Shown: piece by piece, positions 29,508-38,935 of the stretch | How positions within the stretch are numbered: position 1 is the first letter of the stretch | Layout of the letters: each line of letters begins with the position of its first letter | Source: Candidatus Melainabacteria bacterium 17Bon1m | GTDB lineage: Bacteria > Cyanobacteriota > Vampirovibrionia > Obscuribacterales > Obscuribacteraceae | Length of the DNA: 64,000 bases | Reading direction: 5' to 3' | Assembly: GCA_032128875.1 (NCBI GenBank) | Contig: JAVLKG010000007.1 | Coordinates: forward strand, 288,001 to 352,000 | Notes under the pieces: generated by a model | The model's input: only the letters and a program-made list of their open reading frames with translations | Database searches by the model: none | Told to the model about the DNA's origin: nothing | Program-made: the position numbers and the translations under genes

Positions 29508-32500
29508 TTGGCATTCGAAGCATTTCCCACAGGTAATCTTTCCAGCTATATGGTCGCCCAGGCCACAGATGTGGGCGGCGGCGAGCACAAGCCCGAGCAA
29601 CACAAGCCCGAGCAGCAAAAGTCCGAACAACAAAAGTCAGAACAACCAACCGCGGAGCAGACTAAAGACCACGGTGGGCTCTTAACCGAAATATTTGGCG
29701 ACCGCAAAGAACGTACCCTGGCTGGATGCGTCATTGGGTCGGTCAGAGACGTATTCTCCAGCAAATTGACCGAAGAAGAAAAGGTCAAACGTGCCGAAGG
29801 CAATGACTTTGCTGCCACGATAGTTGCCGACACCGCTGCCATGATGAGCAAGAAAGTGGCGGTGGGTGGACTTGTACGTGCCACAATGATGGCGGACACA
29901 AAAGGCGATGCCCGCGATTTTGCTCTCGGGTTCTTGAAAGACGGGCTCGAGGGTGTAGGTCTCAACTACATCGGGAAGATGGCGCAGCCTGGCTCCAGAG
30001 CATTTGAGTATGCCGGCGCCAGACTAGGCACCGGTTTGAAGCAGGAAATAGCTCTACATGCCGGCTCCGGCGCACTTTTCGGAGCACTGAAGGCAGGTTC
30101 TGACCCGATGGCGTGGCGCGATCAGGACGGGCACTTTTCATTCCAGGGCGGCCTGAATAATCTTACAGATTTGAAGAAAATGTCGACCGCTACTTTGTCC
30201 GGCGCCGTTATTAACGTCCCAGCGGGCATGCTCGGTTTTCGGATCGCCAAGTCATCGACCTTGTCTGTTGCCAACCGTACGGGTTCTGAAGCCCTCGGCA
30301 CAGTAGCCGGTGGCGTACTCTCTGGTGGCGGCTCCGGCGCAATCTTCGGCGGTCTGGATGCAGTTGTGCATGGCAAGAGTCTTAGCGAAATCGGCAAGAG
30401 CACCTTAGACGGTATGCTCATTGGCGCGGGCACTGGGGGAGCGATGTCCGGCTGGCATGCCTTCAGGCCTGGTCAAAAGGCTCCACTAGAAACTCAACTA
30501 CAGGAAAAGCTTCAACCGAAGTCTCAGGATGCTGGGCGCGAGCAGTTGGCGCAAGAAAGGCAAGTTCGTACGGTGCAAGACGGGCAAGAGCGTTTGTTGG
30601 CTGAAGGTGAATTGCCTGCAATCTCTGAAGCTAGCCGCGTCAAACTGACCGACAAAGTAGAGTCTCTGACACCGCTGCAGCAGCAAAAGATGTTCGATGC
30701 GCATGATGCGGTTTCATTTGTCTCGGCGCCGAAAGAGGGCGTTCGTGAGCTCAATAGCCAGCTAGTCTTGGAGAAAAAGGGCGTTGTGACTATTACGCGA
30801 GTCAAGGATGACCCGAATATTCCTAAGACTTTCAAGGACGATGCTGAGTTTAGAAATTGGACGGAAAACCATGTTGAGCAAGCGCGCATTTATCGAATCG
30901 ATGGCACCGACGTCAAAATAGTCGTGCCCGAAGCTTATGCTCAGAAGCTCGATAAGGTTCGAGAACTGAGATTCTGGGCAGAAATTGACACGCCTTCATT
31001 CAACAGCAAGCCGATAATTGAGCAGCGTGTTTTGCGCAAAGCGATTCTGGAAGGCGATATGGAACTTGCCAGAGCTGCATTCGGAGATAAAGCCGACAAT
31101 ATTGCGCGTATTATCAAAGCCCGCAATGAGATAGATTCTCTTCTCGCTAATCAAAGAGCTCTGCCCGAAGATTTCGTTGGAGCGGTGAAAGAGCTGCCAG
31201 ATCCAAGTTTGATCAAGGAGATAATTCTTCTCGACGAACCATCGCACAGAGATGTCTTTAAGCGCTCGCAGGCAGATGAATTGGGCAACAGTTCGTACAG
31301 TGCCGGAGCAAATGCCGATCGCAACGGAATCATCACTTTCTTTGAAGCCTACAATTCACGCAAGAAAGGTGACACTACGGGCGGAACAATCAACGGCTAC
31401 CTCGCTCACGAGTGGTCTCACCTGGTTAAGTTCAAGCTTAAAGAACACAGTGCTTTGTTCAATGAAACTGCTGAAATAGAGACGGATTGGTACATTCGTG
31501 AGTACGCGAGACGGCAATATCCGGATAGTCCAGAACTGCAACATCACGAAAATTTCGCCGTGCACCTTGGTGATGAATTGATGGCGGCTGACGCCGACCG
31601 CTTCTTCATCACGGCTCATAATGCACCTGTTCGAACCACAATGCTGGCTAAGGCGCTGCTTGAAGCAATGATTCCTCAAACAAAAGAGGTCGTTGTACAT
31701 CCCGCTGATTTCCTCAAGCGCATCGATCAAATACCGGAAAACATGCCCAATCGCGAATCGCACGTGGCTCGTCTGAAATACATTGCGGAGGAGATTGTCC
31801 CGGTTGCTAGGGAGAAGCTGGTCGAAACCATCAACTCAGGCAACTTGAATGAAAGAGTGCGCGCGTCTCTATTGTTGGGACGCATGGGGCATAAAAGCGA
31901 CATCGCGCGTGTTCAGGAAACGCTTGATACCATCACAGACCCATTGCTGAAGAGAACGCTTTTTAGCTCGGTGTCGAATATCTACGATAACAGTCTGACC
32001 AATCGTATGAACTACTTGATCGAAAATGCCAAGCTCGGACAACCGCATAGAAACGAAGCTTTGGCTAATTTGGGTGGCTTGCAGCACCCCGAAGCAAAAG
32101 CGTATTTCGACGTGCTTCGCTTAGCTGGCAGCGATGCAAATCAAGTCGAGTTGATGAATTTCATTCAGAACACTCCGCACACTGGTCCAAAGAAAATGGC
32201 ATTTGAAACCATCATGGGCTTCGTTGAAAAGGCGCCGTACAAGAACGAATTCCTGCAGACATATCTCGCTAAATTGCTACGCACTCAGCCTGATATCAGA
32301 CTTGAGGTGATAAACCAAGCGGTGAAACATCCTTCCTTGCAAACCGAAATTGAAATTATGAATCTCACGAAGTCTCGCGATCAGGCTGTTGCGCTTCGTG
32401 CGAAGCAAGCTGTTGCAGAACTCCAGCTGGCGAAGAAGTTGGAGAATTATGGTAAGTGGATCAAGGGTGGCGATGAGCAAAACAAGTATGTAGCCATTCA

Positions 32501-32711
32501 AGAACTGGCGTGGCTAAATGATAATCGCGCAGTGCCGATGCTGCTGGAGGTTGTCGCCACCAGCAATCCCAAATGGGCGAGAGAAGCAATTGACGCTCTA
32601 AAGCACTACAATCCGGCAATCATCGCGGTCGAAGCGCATCAGATGCAACGCAACGGTAGTCCAATTCGCTGGGGCGATGTTCAACGTCAAATGAACGCTA
32701 CACGGCACTAA
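29508..32711 (+). CDS. Large protein: Gly-rich hydrophobic N-module, HExxH zincin-like domain, HEAT-like repeats
   Basis: YLAHEWSHLV...HENFA metallopeptidase motif; C-terminal repeats (AIQELAWLNDNRAVPMLLEV...AIDAL). Start uncertain (TTG 29508 or ATG 29550). Confidence 0.7.
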   Translation: MAFEAFPTGNLSSYMVAQATDVGGGEHKPEQHKPEQQKSEQQKSEQPTAEQTKDHGGLLTEIFGDRKERTLAGCVIGSVRDVFSSKLTEEEKVKRAEGNDFAATIVADTAAMMSKKVAVGGLVRATMMADTKGDARDFALGFLKDGLEGVGLNYIGKMAQPGSRAFEYAGARLGTGLKQEIALHAGSGALFGALKAGSDPMAWRDQDGHFSFQGGLNNLTDLKKMSTATLSGAVINVPAGMLGFRIAKSSTLSVANRTGSEALGTVAGGVLSGGGSGAIFGGLDAVVHGKSLSEIGKSTLDGMLIGAGTGGAMSGWHAFRPGQKAPLETQLQEKLQPKSQDAGREQLAQERQVRTVQDGQERLLAEGELPAISEASRVKLTDKVESLTPLQQQKMFDAHDAVSFVSAPKEGVRELNSQLVLEKKGVVTITRVKDDPNIPKTFKDDAEFRNWTENHVEQARIYRIDGTDVKIVVPEAYAQKLDKVRELRFWAEIDTPSFNSKPIIEQRVLRKAILEGDMELARAAFGDKADNIARIIKARNEIDSLLANQRALPEDFVGAVKELPDPSLIKEIILLDEPSHRDVFKRSQADELGNSSYSAGANADRNGIITFFEAYNSRKKGDTTGGTINGYLAHEWSHLVKFKLKEHSALFNETAEIETDWYIREYARRQYPDSPELQHHENFAVHLGDELMAADADRFFITAHNAPVRTTMLAKALLEAMIPQTKEVVVHPADFLKRIDQIPENMPNRESHVARLKYIAEEIVPVAREKLVETINSGNLNERVRASLLLGRMGHKSDIARVQETLDTITDPLLKRTLFSSVSNIYDNSLTNRMNYLIENAKLGQPHRNEALANLGGLQHPEAKAYFDVLRLAGSDANQVELMNFIQNTPHTGPKKMAFETIMGFVEKAPYKNEFLQTYLAKLLRTQPDIRLEVINQAVKHPSLQTEIEIMNLTKSRDQAVALRAKQAVAELQLAKKLENYGKWIKGGDEQNKYVAIQELAWLNDNRAVPMLLEVVATSNPKWAREAIDALKHYNPAIIAVEAHQMQRNGSPIRWGDVQRQMNATRH

Positions 32712-32725
32712 GGTTAGTGTAATAG

Positions 32726-32753
32726 AGTGTCGACGCCATGCGTCGACACTACG
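32726..32753. repeat. GTAG-type REP palindrome between convergent genes
   Basis: AGTGTCGACGC-cat-GCGTCGACACT followed by AC (GTAG on the minus strand). Confidence 0.65.
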
Positions 32754-32776
32754 GTATTCACAAGCTTATAGTGATT

Positions 32777-34744
32777 CTAGGCCGGGTGGAACATCTGGAA
32801 GAGCTTGTCCATGGAGAAGCTCATTCTGACTGGGCGTCCGTGCGGGCAGGTGTCGTTGCGAGGTGTTGCTATCCAATCACACAGCAGTGAAACGATTGAA
32901 TCTTCGGAAAGTGTCATGCCGTTTTTCACAGCAGACTGGCAAGCAATTGACTTGGTTGCTTCCAAAATGATGTTGGCGTGATCGCAGGTGATGAGCTGGT
33001 CTAAGAGTTCTTGAATTGCCGTCTCGTAATTCTTGTGTGCGAGTTCAAGCGGAACTTGCGTGCAGCAGCTGCCACCGTCTTCGGTGTGCTCGAATTCAAA
33101 ACCAAGTTTCGATAATGTCTCTTGGTTCTCTTTCAGGCACGCAGATTGTTCGGCGCTCAGTCGCAGAGGGGCTGATATCAACAGCGTTTGTGTAAGTTCT
33201 GTCAAGCGCCCAGGTTCGCTTTGAACTGCCAGCAGCCGTTCGTAAATTGTTCTCTCGTGGGCAATATGTTGCTCGATTATTTCTAACCCTTGTTCCGACT
33301 CGACCAAGAAATAAGTGTTCTTCAAATACGCAAGAAGTCGCCAACCATCTGGCAATTGACGGCGTGTTTGGGTTGTTGTCGAAGGAGTGTAGGAAGTTTC
33401 CTCATTTGACTCTTCCGATTCAAATGAACGTTCTTTTGTGCTTTCACGAGCAAAAATTGTTTCCCCTGCAATCCGCATGTCGCCCCGATTTACATCGGGT
33501 TGGCTGGTAGGCAGATTGAAGGTCAGGCGGTCACGAAATCCAAGCTGACGCGTGCGCGCTGGGGATTCCGCAACAATAGAGCTTTGCTCCGTGTGCGCTT
33601 CCTCGCCTGCCTTTTCGAAGCGGGCATAAGCGATTTGTGCATCAGGAGATGTGTAGGTTTCAGTTTCTGCCGAGCGGGATTCAACGATCAGACTAACTGC
33701 TGCGAGCTCAGGCTTGGGCTGTGACGCTGCGAGTGCGTGGTCGATTTCGTGGCGAGGAACAGATCGCATTGCAGTGACAATTGCGCGCTGAACGGTCAAA
33801 TAGACCTCGTTGCCTTGACTGTATTTGATTTCTTTTTTGGTCGGGTGGATGTTGACGTCGACGTGTGACGGGTCGACTTCAATTGCAATAACTGCGAAAG
33901 GATGTCTGCCCCTAGGAATGAGGTCGCTGTAGGCGTATTCCAGAGCTTTATAAGTGAGGGGGCAGCGTACCGGGCGGTTGTTGACCATAGTCAAAATCGC
34001 CTTGCGGTCTCCTCTGAAATGAACTGGTTTTGCAACCAGTCCGCGCACTTTAACGCCGCTTGTGACGTCGTGATTGTTGACTTCGATGAGCGCTTCGTTG
34101 CCGGTGAAAAGCTTTGCTTCTTTCACCACAATTCTCAAATCATTTGAGCCGCTGGTGCGCATGTGCACAGTGCCTTCGTGCTCTACGGAGATTGCCACGT
34201 GTGGATAAGCGATAGCGAGGCTCTGCACAATTTCTTGAATGTGCGCGAATTCCGTTGAAGCTTTTTTGAGGAATTTCAATCGAGCTGGGACGTTGTAAAA
34301 CAAGTCCACGACTTCCATCGTCGTGCCGGGGGCGCAGCCTGTCTCTGTGCTTGTGATCTTGCCTTCTTGGGCGTCGATGCGGAAGCCACTCGCTGCGTCT
34401 TTCAGGCGTGTGTAGCAGGTGACTTTGGCGACTGAAGCGATGGAGGGCAGTGCTTCTCCGCGGAAGCCGAGCGAAGTGAGGCGCCAGAGATCGTCCGCGC
34501 TGGCTAACTTTGAAGTGGCGTGGCGCTGGAATGCGAGGATTGCATCCTCTGGCAGCATCCCATGCCCATTGTCGGCGATTGAAATGGTTCGGCAGCCTTC
34601 CGATACGCTAATCGATATATCGGTTGCTCCGGCGTCGATGGAGTTTTCAACCAGCTCTTTAACGACCGATGACGGGCGTTCCACCACTTCCCCTGCGGCG
34701 ATTTGGCTGGCTATGTAGTCAGGGAGAACTTGTACTTTAGGCAT
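32777..34744 (-). CDS. mutL: DNA mismatch repair endonuclease MutL
   Basis: IAAGEVVERPSSVVKELVENSIDAGA, GFRGEAL, VDVNIHPTK, EQHIAHER, ACQSAVK, CPHGRP. Confidence 0.97.
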   Translation of the reverse strand: MPKVQVLPDYIASQIAAGEVVERPSSVVKELVENSIDAGATDISISVSEGCRTISIADNGHGMLPEDAILAFQRHATSKLASADDLWRLTSLGFRGEALPSIASVAKVTCYTRLKDAASGFRIDAQEGKITSTETGCAPGTTMEVVDLFYNVPARLKFLKKASTEFAHIQEIVQSLAIAYPHVAISVEHEGTVHMRTSGSNDLRIVVKEAKLFTGNEALIEVNNHDVTSGVKVRGLVAKPVHFRGDRKAILTMVNNRPVRCPLTYKALEYAYSDLIPRGRHPFAVIAIEVDPSHVDVNIHPTKKEIKYSQGNEVYLTVQRAIVTAMRSVPRHEIDHALAASQPKPELAAVSLIVESRSAETETYTSPDAQIAYARFEKAGEEAHTEQSSIVAESPARTRQLGFRDRLTFNLPTSQPDVNRGDMRIAGETIFARESTKERSFESEESNEETSYTPSTTTQTRRQLPDGWRLLAYLKNTYFLVESEQGLEIIEQHIAHERTIYERLLAVQSEPGRLTELTQTLLISAPLRLSAEQSACLKENQETLSKLGFEFEHTEDGGSCCTQVPLELAHKNYETAIQELLDQLITCDHANIILEATKSIACQSAVKNGMTLSEDSIVSLLCDWIATPRNDTCPHGRPVRMSFSMDKLFQMFHPA

Positions 34745-34978
34745 GGGCAGATTCTAACAGAGGCTTCCCTGCGCGTCCGTATCCGCACCCTGTGCCGATA
34801 GTTGGAAGTTATTTATATCTTGCAAACCGGTTGGATTTCGCCATTTAATGGCTAATCTGTGCATTTAACGCGCAGAACAAAGTAAATTTAACGCTCATGT
34901 ACTAGCATTTGAGATTGAAATTAGTCTTCCAATTTTCTCGTTGTATATATCTTTGGTTCTAAGAGGTGCTGAGGCAAC

Positions 34979-35587
34979 ATGGGCAGGGACATCGCGATGC
35001 CGGACAATGTCGTTCTGGAGCTTGTGGGCGACTCAACGGAGATGGATCCTGAGATTTTCTTTGAGGAACTACTGGGACTTGTAGAGCGCTCGATTTTGCA
35101 AGGGCGCCTCCTTATCTCGCTGAAACAGGCGGGTTTGACACTGGTTTCGCTGGACACGTCTTCCAAGCCTTACAAGCAGGTCAGCGACTTCTTGATTGAC
35201 AATCCGCTAAAACAACAAAAGTTCGAAGCTGAGGGCGAAGAAGGTTGTTATCGCATTGAGCTTCCCTTCACCGATGAAATGATTCAGGAGTTGGAGAGTT
35301 TCGCGCCAGAGCTTGATTTAGATCCGCAGGAGATTGACGAAATCGTTGCTGCCTTCTTGCGCTTGTTTCACGCATTCGTCGGCTTCGAGGTCGACAATGA
35401 AGAGTTCGGATATCAGGCGGCAATACGCGGATTGAAAGAAGATCTCGAAGACTTCCACGAGAAAGGTTGGACGATGTCCGGCATGGCTGGTGTTGTCGAT
35501 ACACCCGCGACGATGGATTCAAACATCGTCTGGGCGAGTGAAGCTAAAAAGCCAAAGGACAACCCGGTTTTCTGTGTTTTTGATTGA
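34979..35587 (+). CDS. Acidic hypothetical protein
   Basis: 202 aa ORF with GAGG RBS, directly upstream of the two-component pair. Confidence 0.7.
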   Translation: MGRDIAMPDNVVLELVGDSTEMDPEIFFEELLGLVERSILQGRLLISLKQAGLTLVSLDTSSKPYKQVSDFLIDNPLKQQKFEAEGEEGCYRIELPFTDEMIQELESFAPELDLDPQEIDEIVAAFLRLFHAFVGFEVDNEEFGYQAAIRGLKEDLEDFHEKGWTMSGMAGVVDTPATMDSNIVWASEAKKPKDNPVFCVFD

Positions 35588-35599
35588 TGTTCGAACTTG

Positions 35600-36766
35600 A
35601 TGACGAGCGCTAGCGACAAGCGATTCTGGTTTTCTGTGCTGCTTGCGGTACTTATAGCGGTGATTGCGGTAATTGGGATGCGCAATTTCGTCTCGTTTGA
35701 GACTGAAGTGTTTGAGCGTCTAATGCTTGCATTTGGGGAAACAGAATCCACTTTGAAGGCTGGAGGTGGCAACCCAGTTGCACAACTGGTATGGGTTGCG
35801 GTGGTTTCTGCGTCGTTGTCTTTTGCTGGTATTTTTGCCGGGACGAAACTTCAAGTAGCGGCGAATCAGCGCTTGGTTGTGTTTCTTGTGGTGTTTATCC
35901 AATTGCTTGGCGTTTCTCTCTTGCTCGATTGGGTTGTATGGAAATACCTGCACATCAGCCTTGCGCCTGTTACTTTTGTTGTTTCAATCATTCTTGGATT
36001 GGCCGGAGGCTTTGCAATTCGTCGCTGGGATGATGGCGATGTCCGCCTGCAGTCCCAGTTTTATCAATTGAAGGTGCGCAACAATGAGCTGCGAGATGTG
36101 CGTTTGCAAATGGTCAGACAAGATGAAGTAGAGCGCAGGATGCTGGCTGCCGACCTGCATGATCAAGTTCTGAACGACATGAAAAGGTTGCGCAAAAAAT
36201 TCGAAGCATATGCAAAAGACAGAACTGATGAGCAGAAAGCAGAGATCGACCAAATACTTGCAACGACTATGGTCGAAATTCGCGAAGTTATGGACAGTTT
36301 GTGCCCATCCGCGCTAGAGCATCTCGGATTGACTGCCGCGCTTGAAGATTGTGCGCGAAAAGCGGGAGAAAAGGGCGGCTTCAAAGCGCGTTGCAAGAGT
36401 AAGGTCGAAGATGCTGATGTGGAAAAACTTTCGCTGGTTGAACAGTCATTGCTCTACCGCCTTGTGCAGGAAGCGCTCACCAATGTGATTAAACACGCCG
36501 AGGCGAAAACCGTCCGCATCAATACTGAGAGGGACGGGGAGAGCTTGCTGGTTACGGTTTCGGACGACGGGAAGGGGTTGCCGGAAGGCAAAGCAAATGA
36601 GGAGTCCAGAGGTTTACGCTATATGCGCCAGAGGGCAGATCTGATTGGGGCGACCATCTCATTTCGCGCAGGCGATCTGGTCGCCAATTCTGGAAACCCT
36701 GGAACAGTAGTGGAGATACGGGTAGACCTTGCAGGGAGAACAGCAGTTGAAAGTACTGGTGGTTGA
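35600..36766 (+). CDS. Membrane sensor histidine kinase (HisKA_3/NarX-like)
   Basis: ERRMLAADLHD, LYRLVQEALTNVIKHA, VSDDGKG, GLRYMRQRA; 4 TM. Confidence 0.93.
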   Translation: MTSASDKRFWFSVLLAVLIAVIAVIGMRNFVSFETEVFERLMLAFGETESTLKAGGGNPVAQLVWVAVVSASLSFAGIFAGTKLQVAANQRLVVFLVVFIQLLGVSLLLDWVVWKYLHISLAPVTFVVSIILGLAGGFAIRRWDDGDVRLQSQFYQLKVRNNELRDVRLQMVRQDEVERRMLAADLHDQVLNDMKRLRKKFEAYAKDRTDEQKAEIDQILATTMVEIREVMDSLCPSALEHLGLTAALEDCARKAGEKGGFKARCKSKVEDADVEKLSLVEQSLLYRLVQEALTNVIKHAEAKTVRINTERDGESLLVTVSDDGKGLPEGKANEESRGLRYMRQRADLIGATISFRAGDLVANSGNPGTVVEIRVDLAGRTAVESTGG

Positions 36767-37496
36767 GGATGTTCCGGCGTTGAGGGCGCATGCCATAGAT
36801 GCCGTGAAGAGGCTTTTCCCGAAGGCAGAAGTTGCTGAAGCAACGAATGGCGCTGAGGGGCTGGAACTCGCGCAGAGCACCTCGCCGGACTTCATCATTA
36901 TGGATGTGTCGATGCCGGAAATGAGTGGCATCAAGGCAGCGCAAAAGATTTGGCAAAGTTCTCCGCAGCGCAAGATACTTTTCTGGTCGCAGTATCATCG
37001 CGAGGCGTATGTTCGCGAACTCGGCAAAATTGTGCCAGACGAGGCCATTCACGGCTATTTGCTGAAGTCGGAAGGCGACGACAAGCTGGAAGAGGCAATC
37101 AATTCGGTTTGCAATGAAGACAATCCGTACATCGATCCGATCGTGCGTGGTGTACAAGCGCGCTTGAAGTGCAAAGACAGCTCACTGACTGATGTTGAGT
37201 TTGAAACGCTCGTGGATATTGCCACTGGTCTCACGGATAAAGCTATCGCCGCTCGCCGTCACATCAGTGTGCGTGGGGTTCAAAACCGCCTATCAATGCT
37301 GCTGGACAAGCTCGTCAAAGGCGAAGATACGCATCTGCGCGAAACAGCCGGCATGGAGATTTTCAACCCGCGTACGCGTGTTGTGTTCGAAGCGCTGCGC
37401 CGCGGTTTGGTCGACCCTGATGAAGTTCAGCAACTCGAATCCGATCTGACTGAGTGGTTTGACGAAGAGTTCGACTACCAGCGCGCAGCGAAATAG
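36747..37496 (+). CDS. NarL/LuxR-type response regulator
   Basis: VLVVED, IMDVSMPEMSG, GYLLK, LTDVE...GLTDKAIA...ISVRGV; GGAG before TTG 36747 (ORF opens at 36729). Confidence 0.92.
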   Translation: MKVLVVEDVPALRAHAIDAVKRLFPKAEVAEATNGAEGLELAQSTSPDFIIMDVSMPEMSGIKAAQKIWQSSPQRKILFWSQYHREAYVRELGKIVPDEAIHGYLLKSEGDDKLEEAINSVCNEDNPYIDPIVRGVQARLKCKDSSLTDVEFETLVDIATGLTDKAIAARRHISVRGVQNRLSMLLDKLVKGEDTHLRETAGMEIFNPRTRVVFEALRRGLVDPDEVQQLESDLTEWFDEEFDYQRAAK

Positions 37497-37639
37497 CGTC
37501 TCCTCAATTTCAAAACCTATGAGAGTTCAAAAGCGATAGTTTTTGGTCACTCGAATTACAAAAAATAAAAGCTGCTGCTGATGCGGTTTGCGCCACCGTC
37601 TTTTTAAAGGGATTTTGGACATCCCTGGAGAACAGAAAA

Positions 37640-38122
37640 TTGCGTGTTGGAATTTATGTCCGTGTCTCAACTGCAGACCAGCAAACGCTGCCGATGAAAC
37701 TGGCTGCGATCAAGAAACATGTCAAAGCCCGCAGCTGGAAAACAGGTTTGGAAGTGGATGATATTGGATCTGGCGCTGTAAATCGAAGGCAGCGCGAGCA
37801 GTTGACGCGGGTAGCGCGCTGGCGAGAAATAGATACGATTGTAGAAGCGATCGCTTGGAGCGTCCTCAGCCTGATTTAGTAGCTACATTACAGGAGCCTG
37901 GAAATCAGGTGGGCTTTGTTTCGATTACTGCAGCAAATTGCTTTACCACCTCAACGGGAAGGGTGCTGGCGGGCATGCAAGCCGTCTTTACGGAATTCAA
38001 GGGAGATGGTCAGCGAACGGGTGAAAACCGGCATTTCCACGCGCGCAAGAAAGGGGCGGCAGCATTGCAAGCTGACAAAGTTGGAAAGCTGCATCAGCAA
38101 AGCCGACCAAAGGCTGAAATGA
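37640..38122 (+). pseudogene. Frameshifted serine recombinase (resolvase/invertase)
   Basis: IYVRVSTADQ...SGA in one frame, DRLER.DL..TL...GFVSI...TSTGR in a second, EMVSERVKTG..ARKG in a third. Confidence 0.85.
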
Positions 38123-38267
38123 AAATAGCCAGCCGGGTTGGCATGGTCGAACTTCAATGATTCGGATTTGGCTATCTGGCGACTTAGACCGGTCTATTAT
38201 CAATGGTGAAAAAAACACCATGTCTTATCGTTGGTTTTCTGGCGTTCTTGGTTAATGTCCACTGGCA

Positions 38268-38843
38268 TTAATGGTTCGATCTGGCTTTTAATGCGTTTCC
38301 GTATTGCACTTCGGCATTAGTAAGTGGTTGCCCCTTGCTATGAACTCTATTTCTAATTTCGAGAAACTCTTTTATTAGTGGTTCTGCTTTTTGTTCTTCT
38401 CCAACAGACAAATAATAAGTCGCATATTGATAAAGTCTCGATTGGAGAAGTGAACTATTCGCGCCTTTTAGTCTTCCAAGATGCAAATTATTTCGAATGT
38501 AGCCATCTACAATTCGATTGTCTTTTTGACCATAAGTGCTGGGAACATGTGCCTCAAATTGGAAACCAATAGAAGCTTTCCGTTCGTTCCTCGTGCCGTC
38601 CTGTTGGATTTCTGCGACTAACCCGTCGGAATATTTCTCAATTGTCCGGCTTTTGTCTACTTCTGTACTTTTTAGAAATACAATTTCATTAGGAAACAAT
38701 GGACCTCCAATAGTGCCTAGTGTTTTTTCTCCATAATTTCTCGGCAGTGAAATTATTGAATCTGAAGATTGAGCGCATGGAATAGTAGCGCTGCAAAAGG
38801 ACAACAAAATCAAATATGGGAAAGTTTTGTTCATGTGCTTCAT
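38268..38843 (-). CDS. Secreted hypothetical protein with a C-terminal TPR-like helix pair; AT-rich
   Basis: Signal-like N-terminus, GAGG RBS, LYQYATYYLSVGEEQKAEPLIKEFLEIR. Confidence 0.65.
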   Translation of the reverse strand: MKHMNKTFPYLILLSFCSATIPCAQSSDSIISLPRNYGEKTLGTIGGPLFPNEIVFLKSTEVDKSRTIEKYSDGLVAEIQQDGTRNERKASIGFQFEAHVPSTYGQKDNRIVDGYIRNNLHLGRLKGANSSLLQSRLYQYATYYLSVGEEQKAEPLIKEFLEIRNRVHSKGQPLTNAEVQYGNALKARSNH

Positions 38844-38887
38844 AGATACCTCGCAAAAACTCAACTTATCAAAATTTTTTCGAAAAG

Positions 38888-38919
38888 GGAACTGTGCAGG
38901 AATTTTCCTGCACAGTTCC
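38888..38919 (-). terminator. Perfect 15-bp hairpin after the large secreted protein gene
   Basis: GGAACTGTGCAGGAA-tt-TTCCTGCACAGTTCC, followed by CTTTT on the minus strand. Confidence 0.65.
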
Positions 38920-38935
38920 AGTTAAACCTTAGTTA

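Noticed and set aside
37640-38160. Active transposon or intact resolvase
   Set aside because: At least two frameshifts; no transposase or terminal repeats identified.
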